Source: Thermoplasmata archaeon
GTDB taxonomy: Archaea; Thermoplasmatota; Thermoplasmata; Lutacidiplasmatales; UBA184
Direction of reading: 5' to 3'
Length of the DNA: 64,000 nucleotides
NCBI GenBank assembly: GCA_035532555.1
Contig: DATKQS010000024.1
Location: 11,225 to 75,224, forward strand
The translations under genes were made by a program, and so were the position numbers. Position 1 is the first letter of the stretch. The number at the start of each line of letters is the position of its first letter. The notes under the pieces are model-generated. The model ran no database searches. It worked only from the letters and a program-made list of their open reading frames with translations, and had not been told where the DNA came from. Positions 18,717-27,742 of this stretch are shown here, piece after piece.

Positions 18717-18730
18717 CCGAACCGTTTCGG
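18717..18730. promoter_or_regulatory. CCGAA-N4-TTCGG palindrome upstream of the IscA-DUF59 gene
   Basis: ccgaaccgtttcgg, about 48 bp upstream of the start. Confidence 0.7.
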
Positions 18731-19199
18731 TGTTCGAGCGAGCGGGATGGCGGATGGGTTTGGAAGCCTCCGGCTCATCGTGCCCGTAGATCTCGAACGT
18801 GGGTCTGAAGGAGGATTGAGCCCTCACACGACGCGGGCGATCCGTTCCGCACGATATGGAAGTAGGACGCGTGCGGGCGATTGCGGGAGGGGCGAAGAGC
18901 GAGGGGAGGGCGCTTCGAGACGGACGCCAAGCGCACGGCAAGGTCCTTCGAACAAGTCTAGGTAGAAACCGGAGGCGACGCCAGAAAGCCGCTCAGGTTC
19001 GAGCGGAGGGCAGATAGTCACCCAGAGTGTCGCCGGTCGATGAGATTCCACGCGCGTAGCTACCGACCCACGGGTGTAAACCCGGACCGTGCCACGAGAA
19101 GAGACTCTCTCTTCGCCGCTCGATCCTGATGCACGACTTGGTCAAGGGGCCGCGGTAAGAACGCGGCGGTGCAGCCTCGTTCGATGGGAAGGGGTCCGG

Positions 19200-19688
19200 A
19201 TGTTCGAATGGGTTCCACTGATTCTCGTGATCCATGTGTTGGGGGCCATAATCTGGGTGGGCGGCAACATCTCTCTCGCGATCGCCGTCTGGGGCATTCG
19301 GAGGTCGTTTCCGAACCAGCCGGAGACGGTATCTCGGGTCATCTCTGAGGTCGGTAGGGCTTTCGCGTGGGTCATGTGGCCGGCGCTAGCCGCCACCCTA
19401 GCGACCGGGCTCGCCAACCTCTCGTGGTACACGCCTCCGGCGGAGAACTGGACCGGGATTCCCGGGGCAGAGTGGATCGTCACGAGCTTCGCTGTAGCCG
19501 CGCTCATGGTGATCTCGGCGGGATTGCACACTTTCGTGGTGGGGCCGAGGATCCGGGTCCTACGAAGCCGGAGAACCCCGTCGCCGCAATTGACGACCCT
19601 CGTGCGCTTCAATCACGTCCTCGAAGCGCTGACCCTAATGACCGCCATCTTGATTGTGATCGTGATGGTCATTCTCGCTTCGCTCTGA
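19200..19688 (+). CDS. CopD/DUF4149-like 4-TM membrane protein
   Basis: 'IHVLGAIIWVGG', 'ATGLANL', 'LHTFVVGP'. Confidence 0.7.
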   Translation: MFEWVPLILVIHVLGAIIWVGGNISLAIAVWGIRRSFPNQPETVSRVISEVGRAFAWVMWPALAATLATGLANLSWYTPPAENWTGIPGAEWIVTSFAVAALMVISAGLHTFVVGPRIRVLRSRRTPSPQLTTLVRFNHVLEALTLMTAILIVIVMVILASL

Positions 19689-20943
19689 TCTCCGGGGAAA
19701 GTGGCGAAGCCTTAGGGGCCCGTAGCACCGCGAGGTAGGAATTCACGAACTCCGTCGCCATCTTCTCCACGGACGCACGCGCGATGACCCAGGCTCGGCC
19801 GCGTTCGGAAAACTCGCGAGCGAGGATCCCGTCGTTGAGCAGGAGCTCGATCGCCGCGGTCAGTGCTCCAAGGTCCTGAGGATCGACGATGAGACCTGCC
19901 GACGATTCGCGTGCGATCTCGCCGGGACCTCCTCGACACGTGACCACACATGCCGCCCCCGACGCCATCGCTTCGAGGAGGGCCACCGACGAGGTGTCGG
20001 ACAGCGAGGGAAGCACAAAGATCTGAGTCTGCGCGAGCAGGGCTGCCTTCTCTCGTTCGAGCACCGGCCCCAGGTACTGGGCGCGTGCGGACAGGGCAGT
20101 CCCGGGGCGCAACCGCTCTTCCATCGAAGGTCGCTCGGGTCCCTCACCCGCCACGACGGCCAGCCAACGCGTCGCAGTTCCCAGTCGCTCAACCGCGTCG
20201 AGGAATCGATGGACCCCCTTGTCCCGGGTGAGTCGCCCGAGGAACGTGATCAGCGGAACCCCCTCCACGCCCCATCGGGCCCTCCAGTCGGGAGAGGCGA
20301 TCCCCGGTCGAAAGGTCGTGGTGTCGATCCCGTTCTCCACGATTCGAGGAGGCGCGTGGAGGTGGGACCGCCCTGGCGCGCGGAGGGCCGCCCCCGCCGC
20401 CACCGTTGGTGCGGTCGCTAGATCGGACGAACGGCAAAGTTCAACGCTGAACCTTCCCCATCCCCGGTAGAACGCGCGCGACAGCCGACTCGTCCCCGCC
20501 CCCCGCAACATGTCGGTCAGGTTTGTGTGGTACGTAGCGACCTTGGGGACGTGCCACCATCGAGCGGCGAGCCAACCGGCGAGTCCAACGAACCCGGGTG
20601 TGTGAACATGGACCACGTCAAAGCGATGTCCTCCGGAAAGAAACGACGGCCACGGAAAGAGTGCGATGCGGTACTGAGGGTAGCTCGGAGCCGGTAGGGA
20701 CAGATGTCGGTACACGGTCACACCGTTCGCGAGCCGTTCCCGTCGCTTCTGCCCCGGCAACCGGACTGTAAACACCGAAAGCTCGTGGCCGCGGGCGGCG
20801 AGTTCCGCGGCGAGTGCGGCCGTGGTCCCCGCAACGCCGTCGTGCGTGGGCAGGAAGCTGTCGGTAAAGAACGCGATTCTGAGCAACGAGCCGCTTCGGA
20901 GACCGGCACCGGCGGCCCGCTCAGGTCCGGATTGGCTCGTCAA
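19669..20943 (-). CDS. GT4 glycosyltransferase
   Basis: 'IAFFTDSFLP..DGV', 'HVHTP', 'GRLTRDKG', 'LLEAMASG'. Confidence 0.9.
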   Translation of the reverse strand: MTSQSGPERAAGAGLRSGSLLRIAFFTDSFLPTHDGVAGTTAALAAELAARGHELSVFTVRLPGQKRRERLANGVTVYRHLSLPAPSYPQYRIALFPWPSFLSGGHRFDVVHVHTPGFVGLAGWLAARWWHVPKVATYHTNLTDMLRGAGTSRLSRAFYRGWGRFSVELCRSSDLATAPTVAAGAALRAPGRSHLHAPPRIVENGIDTTTFRPGIASPDWRARWGVEGVPLITFLGRLTRDKGVHRFLDAVERLGTATRWLAVVAGEGPERPSMEERLRPGTALSARAQYLGPVLEREKAALLAQTQIFVLPSLSDTSSVALLEAMASGAACVVTCRGGPGEIARESSAGLIVDPQDLGALTAAIELLLNDGILAREFSERGRAWVIARASVEKMATEFVNSYLAVLRAPKASPLSPEIRAKRE

Positions 20944-20968
20944 TGGCTGATGTCCTTCCGTAGGCTGC

Positions 20969-21217
20969 CTACGTACCGGACGCGGGAGGATAAGGCTCCG
21001 AGCGCGCCCCAGGAGAACCGGCAGGCACCATCGAATCCGAAGGTGGGACGGCCCGTCTCCAACTCCGCCCGAGAGGATAGTCCGGGTAGGGTGGGCGTTC
21101 CCGAGGGCAGTGATCGCAGTCGCACGCTTCCGCGCGATAGGGATGGCGGAAGTTGTGGACCCCCTCTTCCCATGGATAGCAGGAGACGCAAATGCAGAAC
21201 CGGCAATCGTGGGACAT
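20969..21217 (-). CDS. Small Cys/His-rich putative metal-binding protein
   Basis: HDCRFCICVSC...CDCDHC; CCGAA-N4-TTCGG site about 50 bp upstream. Confidence 0.5.
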   Translation of the reverse strand: MSHDCRFCICVSCYPWEEGVHNFRHPYRAEACDCDHCPRERPPYPDYPLGRSWRRAVPPSDSMVPAGSPGARSEPYPPASGT

Positions 21218-21266
21218 CGCTCTCCCTCCCAGCGACCGTACTCTCTGGAAACCCTTGAAGCGGAAT

Positions 21267-21280
21267 CCGAATGGGTTCGG
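21267..21280. promoter_or_regulatory. CCGAA-N4-TTCGG palindrome
   Basis: ccgaatgggttcgg in a divergent intergenic region. Confidence 0.65.
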
Positions 21281-21353
21281 TCGGAACTTCCCGAGCCCGC
21301 GCGGACCCTCTCATCCTCTCGCGGTGGACACCGACCGAAAAGATCCGGGGCGG

Positions 21354-21367
21354 CCGAACCCTTTCGG
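21354..21367. promoter_or_regulatory. CCGAA-N4-TTCGG palindrome upstream of the hemerythrin gene
   Basis: ccgaaccctttcgg. Confidence 0.65.
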
Positions 21368-21429
21368 TCTTCCCTTCTTGCCGAGAGAAGTCTCTGCCTC
21401 TTGCGGGGGCAGACCTCGTCAGCGAACTC

Positions 21430-21981
21430 ATGTCGAAGCCGGCCGGAGCCCTAGAGGAACTGCACCGGGAGCACGAGGTCGCCGAGCGCCTGCTGGAACG
21501 ACTCGTGGAACTCGGAGACCGGATGAAGTCGGGGGAGCGAGTCGATGCCAAGGCCGTCCGCTTCGGAGTCGGCCTGCTAGACGCGTACCTTCACCGTGTT
21601 CACGCCTCGCAGATGGACCGCGAACTCCGCCCCGAAGCGCAGGGCGTCGCGATGCCGGGCTGCTTTGAGCACCTGGACCGGATGCGAACCAACCATGAAC
21701 AGATGCGGGCTCGAGCGCGGGAGCTCCTCGCCCTCATCGGCAGATGGGCTTCCGGGGACGAATCCTGCCGTGGGGCAGCCGGCGACAAGCTCATCGACCT
21801 CGCAAGCAGGGACCATGACGCCGCCACCTACGAGGAGGCGTACCCGCTCATCTGCCTGGAGTCAGCGCTACCCGAAGACGCCGAGAACCGCCTCTCGAAC
21901 CGGTTCTCGGATCATGCGGGGACCCGGGCGGCGCTCGAGGCGAACATCGAACGGTTCCTCTCCGAGACCGTGGCGATCTAG
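21430..21981 (+). CDS. Hemerythrin-like (HHE) domain protein
   Basis: 'LEELHREHEV', 'HRVH...D.EL', 'NHEQMR', 'EE..YP'. Confidence 0.7.
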   Translation: MSKPAGALEELHREHEVAERLLERLVELGDRMKSGERVDAKAVRFGVGLLDAYLHRVHASQMDRELRPEAQGVAMPGCFEHLDRMRTNHEQMRARARELLALIGRWASGDESCRGAAGDKLIDLASRDHDAATYEEAYPLICLESALPEDAENRLSNRFSDHAGTRAALEANIERFLSETVAI

Positions 21982-22062
21982 ATTCCCCATTCGAGGGTAC
22001 TCGGACCTCCGAGCTGCCGCTCGTCCGTTAAGGAAGCCGGGGGTTCGGTCGCGGGCCCCCGT

Positions 22063-22785
22063 TCAGTACCGCTCCACAAAGACATGGTCCTTGGGGCAGT
22101 TCAGGTGGAGCGCGAGCTCCTGGGTCTCGTTCACCATGGCCGGGACGCCGCAGACGTAGACATCCGAGTTCGATAAGTCTGGGAATCGCTCGCGCAGAGC
22201 TCCTTCCACGTGGCCAACGGCACCGTGCCACGTCCCATTTGCCGGAGGGCGCGAGAGGACCGGTACGAAGTGGAACGCCGGCCAAGCGATCTCAAGTGCG
22301 CGCATCTCGTCGAAGTAGAACAGATCCTCCCGGAAGCGCTCGCCGAAGATGAGCCAGGTGGGGGTTTGGGGGGAGTGAGCTCGGATATCGTCCAGCATGG
22401 GGATGAATGGGGCGAGCCCCGTCCCGGTCGCCACGAACACGGCGGTCCTATCTCCGGGAGGATCCAGCAGGAAGCGTCCCAGTGGAGCTAGCCCCTTCAG
22501 CGTCGGGTGGCTCTCGGGGGCGAGGCCGCAGAGGAAGGTCGAGCCGTATCCGCCAGGGACCTGCTTGATGAGCAGATCGAACTGCCCGACCTTCCCGGCC
22601 GCTGAGAAGAACGAGTAGGAACGGGTGATCGAGTTCCCCGCCCTCGAGAGGTAGAAGGTAACGTACTGGCCGGGAGCGAACGCGAAGCTGTCATCCCGGG
22701 CCGTACGGAAGGTTAGGACGTGGACCGAGGGTACGATGATCCGGTTCGACTCAAGGGTGAATTCCCTCTTGCGCGGTGTCTCCAT
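22063..22785 (-). CDS. FAD/NAD(P)-binding oxidoreductase (ferredoxin reductase family)
   Basis: 'FAPGQY', 'RSYS', 'GGYGS', 'ATGTGLAPF', 'YVCG..AMV', C-terminal 'ERY'. Confidence 0.9.
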   Translation of the reverse strand: METPRKREFTLESNRIIVPSVHVLTFRTARDDSFAFAPGQYVTFYLSRAGNSITRSYSFFSAAGKVGQFDLLIKQVPGGYGSTFLCGLAPESHPTLKGLAPLGRFLLDPPGDRTAVFVATGTGLAPFIPMLDDIRAHSPQTPTWLIFGERFREDLFYFDEMRALEIAWPAFHFVPVLSRPPANGTWHGAVGHVEGALRERFPDLSNSDVYVCGVPAMVNETQELALHLNCPKDHVFVERY

Positions 22786-22821
22786 GATACTGGACAAGGC
22801 GGCCAGCGGCTTACCGGTGCG

Positions 22822-22835
22822 CCGAAACGGTTCGG
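22822..22835. promoter_or_regulatory. CCGAA-N4-TTCGG palindrome upstream of the oxidoreductase
   Basis: ccgaaacggttcgg. Confidence 0.7.
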
Positions 22836-22869
22836 TGGACGGCCGTTGCCCCCTCGCGTGAGGGGCGTC

Positions 22870-23592
22870 CTAGCTCCCCGGCGGCCAGCGCTCGAGCAGT
22901 TTCTTCTCGACGATTGCCAACGCCTCGGAAAGGCTTGAGACCGCCATCCGTTCCTGGGCGGCAAGACGGGTCAGGGTAATCTTGCGGGGAACGTCGAAGT
23001 ATCCGGCCGCCATCGCCCGTTGGAGCAACTCGGCCTGACGAGGAGTGAGCGCCTCTCTTCCAGTCGTGACCTCTGAGTGACGGACCGACTCGAGGATCAC
23101 TCCCGGTGCGCGCTGTGACAACTGGTCGAGGAGTTGGCGTATCTTCTGCTCCGAAGCGATCACGACCCACGATGCCTCTCCGGCCCGTATCGTGAATGGA
23201 AAGCGTCGCAGCAGGTAGAGCTTCCGGAAAATCGGAATGAACGGGGAGGTGCGGTGGATCACTCGGAGGTGAACCTCCCGGGGCCCGGACGTGAGGAACT
23301 CCACCTTTTCCACCAGGTCTATGGCGTGGAGCTGGTCGGCCCAAGGGCCGGGTTCGGTTACGTGGAGGCGCACCTCGCTGAGGCTCCGACGCGCCCCCAG
23401 GTCAAGGTTGCTCAGCACCTCGATGGTCACGTCGGGGTGCTCCCGGGAGAAGCGGGCAATCCAAGCGGAGTCCGGGAGGGGCACCCGCAAGCGACAGATG
23501 CGCGTCGGCCCGGGAACGGGCTGGGGGGCTTTCGTCGGATGGACCCGTCGGGTCGTCCCCCGCGACCGGGCGAGCTGGGCGCGAGGGACCAT
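22870..23592 (-). CDS. Bat-family (HTH_10) archaeal transcriptional regulator
   Basis: C-terminal 'LTPRQ.ELL..A...GYFDVPRKITL..LA......S.LSE.L...EKKL'. Confidence 0.9.
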   Translation of the reverse strand: MVPRAQLARSRGTTRRVHPTKAPQPVPGPTRICRLRVPLPDSAWIARFSREHPDVTIEVLSNLDLGARRSLSEVRLHVTEPGPWADQLHAIDLVEKVEFLTSGPREVHLRVIHRTSPFIPIFRKLYLLRRFPFTIRAGEASWVVIASEQKIRQLLDQLSQRAPGVILESVRHSEVTTGREALTPRQAELLQRAMAAGYFDVPRKITLTRLAAQERMAVSSLSEALAIVEKKLLERWPPGS

Positions 23593-23751
23593 GCCCCGCG
23601 AGCCGCCGGGGAGGGCATATTCGTTTCGGAGCCCCCGGAAGTCGAATCGGGGAATCCAATTCGCCGGAGCATCGTCCGCCGAACCCTCTAGGTCCGCGCC
23701 TTAACCGACGACACAACCATACCGTCGCGAAAGTCCCACGGAGAAAAAACG

Positions 23752-24633
23752 ATGAACGCAATCGAAGCACAGGACCCACTAGACGAGCTAGAGCGTGAGA
23801 ACGACGTCGCGGAGAAGTTGATCGAGCGTCTAGCGGAGATGGCGATAGTGTTGAAGGAGGGCCGGAACCTACCGCCCGGAGAAATCAGCGAAGGACTCCG
23901 CCTCCTCGAGCAGTATCGCACCGTGCATGCCGCTCGAGTCGACGTCGACCTGAAGGTCGAGGCAAGGCCCTGGGCGATGAGCACCTGCTTTCAGCATCTC
24001 GATGCGATCGCCAACGATCACCAGACGGAAGGCGATAGGATCGCCCGGGCCCAGGAGGCGCTGAAGGAGTTCACACTCGATCCTGAGGAAGCCAGGGCAC
24101 GACTATCCCAGGCGTTGGCCGACCTGACAGAGAAGGACCACCAGAGCTTGGTTTACGAGAATGACTACCCCCTCTCCTGCCTCCGGGCCGCGCTCCCCGA
24201 CGGTGCTGCTTCTCGAGTCTCCGCGGCGTTCGAGGCGACATCCTCCGCTATCGCGGACTTGGATGGGCACATCGTCCGGTATCTGGAGCATGCACCGGGA
24301 ACGCCAGGGCATGGGTTGACCGTGCGCTGCAGCCGGGCGAACTGCGAGGCGAGCGCCGAGTCGCACGTGGTATCCTCGAACGATGGCCGATTGGGAATCG
24401 AGGTACCTCTAGGCTGGCAGGTGGCTCCCCAATCGCCGAACTTCAGTAAGGACCGGACCATCCGTCTAAAGGTCGATTTCTGTTGCCCGGCGCACCACGA
24501 GAAGTGTTTGGCGCACGAGGGAAAGGCGCTCCCCATGTGGATGGATGAGGGGGGTCTCGGGCCGCAAAGAGAAACGACTGCAGGTCGTGGGTCCGGTGGC
24601 TGCTGCGGACCGATCCCAGAGGATGCCCGGTGA
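23752..24633 (+). CDS. Hemerythrin-like domain with a C-terminal Cys-rich (Zn-finger-like) domain
   Basis: N-terminus paralogous to 21430 ('CFQHLD', 'YE..YPL.CL..ALP'); C-terminal CxxxxC...GW...DFCCP.H. Confidence 0.7.
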   Translation: MNAIEAQDPLDELERENDVAEKLIERLAEMAIVLKEGRNLPPGEISEGLRLLEQYRTVHAARVDVDLKVEARPWAMSTCFQHLDAIANDHQTEGDRIARAQEALKEFTLDPEEARARLSQALADLTEKDHQSLVYENDYPLSCLRAALPDGAASRVSAAFEATSSAIADLDGHIVRYLEHAPGTPGHGLTVRCSRANCEASAESHVVSSNDGRLGIEVPLGWQVAPQSPNFSKDRTIRLKVDFCCPAHHEKCLAHEGKALPMWMDEGGLGPQRETTAGRGSGGCCGPIPEDAR

Positions 24634-25151
24634 GGCTCGACTTGCTTCCATCCGCAGTGGCTCCACCCATTCACCGCGCCGTCCCCTCCTCGGATGGCCT
24701 GCGACTCATCGCGTCCGGCATGGTGTACTTGCTCGTCGTGTGCGGCGTCGTGCTCGTCACGAGTGCCCAGTCGATCCTCGGAGGAGCGGCTTCTGTGCCG
24801 AGCCGCCTGTTCGACGATCGGGACCTGGTCGCCCTCTTCGGCTGGGTGGGAATGATGATCACCGGGGTGAGCGTCATCATCATACCTAACCACCTCGGAG
24901 TCCGTCTTCGACCGCTGTATCTCCCACGGCTTCACTTCGTTCTGGCGAACGTCGGGCTTGCCGGGTTCTTCGGTGCGGACCTTCTAGCGCCCGGGTCCGC
25001 TGCACCGGAGGTCTTCTTGGGGTTGGTCGCGGCTTCGTTCTTGATCTTCGGGCTCGGAGCACTCGCGACGGTTGCTCCCTTCGTTCATCTCTCTCGGTCC
25101 CGGTCAAGGGTCGCGACCACGACCTCAGGCGAGCATCGAACGACGGACTGA
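24630..25151 (+). CDS. Membrane protein (NnrS/heme-copper-oxidase-like helices)
   Basis: 'LFGWVGMMITGV...IIP', 'HFVLANVGL'; GTGA overlap. Confidence 0.6.
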   Translation: MRLDLLPSAVAPPIHRAVPSSDGLRLIASGMVYLLVVCGVVLVTSAQSILGGAASVPSRLFDDRDLVALFGWVGMMITGVSVIIIPNHLGVRLRPLYLPRLHFVLANVGLAGFFGADLLAPGSAAPEVFLGLVAASFLIFGLGALATVAPFVHLSRSRSRVATTTSGEHRTTD

Positions 25152-25527
25152 GCGACGCCTCTTCGTTCCGGGGAACTCGTCGAATTTCTCGACCCGGACG
25201 AATGAACTAGCGTGTCCAGACCAGTTCGATCGTGAGATGAGCGGTCGCTCCTCCTGCAAGGAATAAGACGCCGCAGCGAAGATTGCCGCGTCGATATCTC
25301 GAATCAGTCGTCCGTCTCTTTCTTCTGCTGACAGCCGCCGGTCTCCCACAGCGCGTGGCATCCTCGTGCCCGGACCGATCCATGGCTATCGTTAGAAGAA
25401 GGGCGGAGCGGTCTGCGGGAGGAATGCGAGAGCTCGTCTCGGGCCCACCCTCTCCGGATACCAGGCGGCTCTGCTCGTTCTACTACTACCACTCGGTGCC
25501 GTAACACGCGCCGCTCGGGCGTGCGAC

Positions 25528-25812
25528 TCACTTGTAGACCGACTGGTAGGTCTTCCCCTCGTCGTCCCAGATCGTGATGCAAGAACCCTCGCATTCCGTT
25601 AAGCAGGCGTTGCAGAGAATGCAGTCGGGGCCCTGCTCGGCCACGGACTTCTCCGCACGGAATTGGAACTTCGCCGCGACCTCGGCATCGTCTATAACAT
25701 CGGGGAATTCGGTGCGGACGTGCATCACGAACACGTTCACGGGGCAGACGTCGAAGCAGTGCCGGCAACCCGTGCACTTCTCGGTTTGGACCTTGACGTC
25801 CACGGATCTCAT
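25528..25812 (-). CDS. 2x[4Fe-4S] ferredoxin
   Basis: CTGCRHCFDVCP and CILCNACLTECE. Confidence 0.9.
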   Translation of the reverse strand: MRSVDVKVQTEKCTGCRHCFDVCPVNVFVMHVRTEFPDVIDDAEVAAKFQFRAEKSVAEQGPDCILCNACLTECEGSCITIWDDEGKTYQSVYK

Positions 25813-26207
25813 CCCCCCAGGCCCGGCATGCAACCGGCATGGCAGAGGGCGAGGTTCTGGGGAACGTTCAACCCCCCGGCAACCAGAGGCAACCGAAGAG
25901 CCAAACTGAGACAAGATCCCTGCGGGGCACGAGACGAAGGGCCGGTAGGTAGAGCCACCTCCCCTTCGCACACGGAACACCTCGGACCCAGTTTGTCGAG
26001 CTCCCACTGGAGCGCAAGAGCGTACATCGGAGCGGTGGGACGGTAGGATCCGGGCGGCTGAGCCCTCCAGACCTCCTCGTGACGTTCCACCAGTCGGCGA
26101 ATCACGCTCTCTAGCACCTCGTGTTGGCTACGGAAGTGCGTCTTGGCCAGCGCATTCAACCTCACCCGCGTCCACTCGTTCGCCGGGCTGACGTTCTGGT
26201 TCCTCAT
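25809..26207 (-). CDS. Hypothetical protein with an RHH-like N-terminus and a degenerate HNH/Zn-finger C-terminus
   Basis: 'CSVC...LPLVAGGLN..NLALCHAGC'; ATGA overlap with the ferredoxin. Confidence 0.55.
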   Translation of the reverse strand: MRNQNVSPANEWTRVRLNALAKTHFRSQHEVLESVIRRLVERHEEVWRAQPPGSYRPTAPMYALALQWELDKLGPRCSVCEGEVALPTGPSSRAPQGSCLSLALRLPLVAGGLNVPQNLALCHAGCMPGLGG

Positions 26208-26389
26208 CTTCCCTCTCTATTCCGTACGGTCAATACGAAGCGATTGGATAACGCCGGTCATGGAGGTCCTGTCCCGCTGCTAGCACGGAATTCCTTCACA
26301 CGGGGGTCCGAGAGTTTCCGCCAGTCCCCACGGCCTCTGCGTCGACGCGTGATAACAGCAGTTCCGACTCCCTCGCGTGGGATCCGACG

Positions 26390-26587
26390 GTCACCCGGTC
26401 GGGCGGACCCGGGCCTACGATGAGCGGAGTGTCTTCCGATCGCACCCGCGTCGGAGCTACAAGAGCCACCCGTACGTCGAACGGATTGAGCTACAGGTCG
26501 GACCCGGCGCCGCATCGTTTTCGCGGCGGGAGCGAAGAGCATCTTCTGGAGATCGGGAACCATCTTCACCATGGTCACGATGAGCAT
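26390..26587 (-). pseudogene. Electron transfer flavoprotein beta subunit (EtfB/FixA) N-terminal remnant
   Basis: 'MLIVTMVKMVPD...KTMRR', then after a frameshift 'GAGSDL*LNPFD...GP'. Confidence 0.55.
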
Positions 26588-26642
26588 CCAACGTCCTCCA
26601 CGAAGACTCGGCCCTCACCTCAGCCGGTGGCCGGTCTCCCCT

Positions 26643-26999
26643 TCAACCCCGGAGGCGTTCCTCGAGGGACTCTCGGAGGACAGAGGCATTGCAGTGCTCG
26701 GCGTCGTGCGCAGCGAAGAGGAGGGTGACGACCCCGGAGCGCGCTTCCCGCACGAGTCGGTCGAGTAGGTCGGAGTGCTTCCCGAGTTCCGTGCGGTAGC
26801 GTCTCCGAAAGGCGGGGTACTTCTGGGGGTCGTGCCCAAACCAAGTACGAAGTCCCGGCGAAGGGGCGAGGTCCTTGAGCCACTCTGTGAGACGGAGACT
26901 CTCCTTCTTGAGTCCCCGCGGCCAGAGTCGGTCGATAAGGTAGCGCCGCCCATCGGTCGGCGCGGGTGGCTCATAGACCCGCTTGGTTTGGATGCTCAT
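26643..26999 (-). CDS. DUF488 (YeaO-like) protein
   Basis: 'IQTKRVYE....DG.R.L.DRLWPRGLKKE...WLKDLAPS..LR.WF.H'. Confidence 0.9.
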   Translation of the reverse strand: MSIQTKRVYEPPAPTDGRRYLIDRLWPRGLKKESLRLTEWLKDLAPSPGLRTWFGHDPQKYPAFRRRYRTELGKHSDLLDRLVREARSGVVTLLFAAHDAEHCNASVLRESLEERLRG

Positions 27000-27277
27000 A
27001 CGGGTTGCCTGCACGGATGAGAGACTATTGAATCATTTGTCGCGCGACACACTTTCGGTGCGTCACGATCGAGGACTCCACCTCTTCTCGGGCGTCACGA
27101 CCCGCGACGTCCCACTCTGACGGCGGGGTCAGGACATTCCCCGCCTCCGGGCCACCCTCCCTCCGGCGGGCAAACCGCTCCGGTCGCATCGAATGTGCCG
27201 TCGACCTTGAAGATGGCTACTGTCCTCAAGAACCGTGTCTGGGTTCTGAGGAATGTGCGGCTTCCTCGGGAGGACCC

Positions 27278-27742
27278 CTACGGCTCGTGCCGGTTCTGCT
27301 CGGGCTCCCCGAGCTCCCGGTGCACCGCCCTTGCATCGCTGTCGGAAAGGTGCGTGTCGAACCAAGGGTAGACGGCATCTTCCTCGCGAGCGTTGTGAGC
27401 CCAGAGGACGTTGACGAGCTCGAACTCCAGATCCTCGGTCGACGCCAGCCCTTCGTCCAGCCGGAGTCGGATCCTTCGCAGAACCTCCTCGATCCGTCGG
27501 TGCTCGTCCAGCATCCGGTCGACCAAGGCGCGACGGGAGGGATCCGCTTCCGCAAAGACGGGGAAGAGAAGCCGCTCTTCGACCTCGATGTGGCGACTCA
27601 GGTCGGTCGCGAACCGCTCGAAGCGTCCGCGACGCTGAGCCGCCGCGGATACGGGAGTCGCCTGGAACTCCTCGAACTTCAGGTTGAGTTCTCGGTGGTC
27701 GTTCGACAGCAGATGCGACGGCAGCTCGTTCGTGTGGTTCAT
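27278..27742 (-). CDS. Hemerythrin domain protein
   Basis: 'LSNDH', 'HIEVEERLLFP', 'EHRRI', 'HNAREEDAVYP'. Confidence 0.9.
   Translation of the reverse strand: MNHTNELPSHLLSNDHRELNLKFEEFQATPVSAAAQRRGRFERFATDLSRHIEVEERLLFPVFAEADPSRRALVDRMLDEHRRIEEVLRRIRLRLDEGLASTEDLEFELVNVLWAHNAREEDAVYPWFDTHLSDSDARAVHRELGEPEQNRHEP

Noticed and set aside
25223..25234. 12-bp match (agttcgatcgtg) to the left arm
   Set aside because: An isolated short match of this length is expected by chance
25478..25504. ttctactactaccactcggtgccgtaa (FYYYHSVP*) as a fourth, inverted ABCE1-end copy
   Set aside because: Only the tactactac 9-mer matches; no arms or inverted repeats
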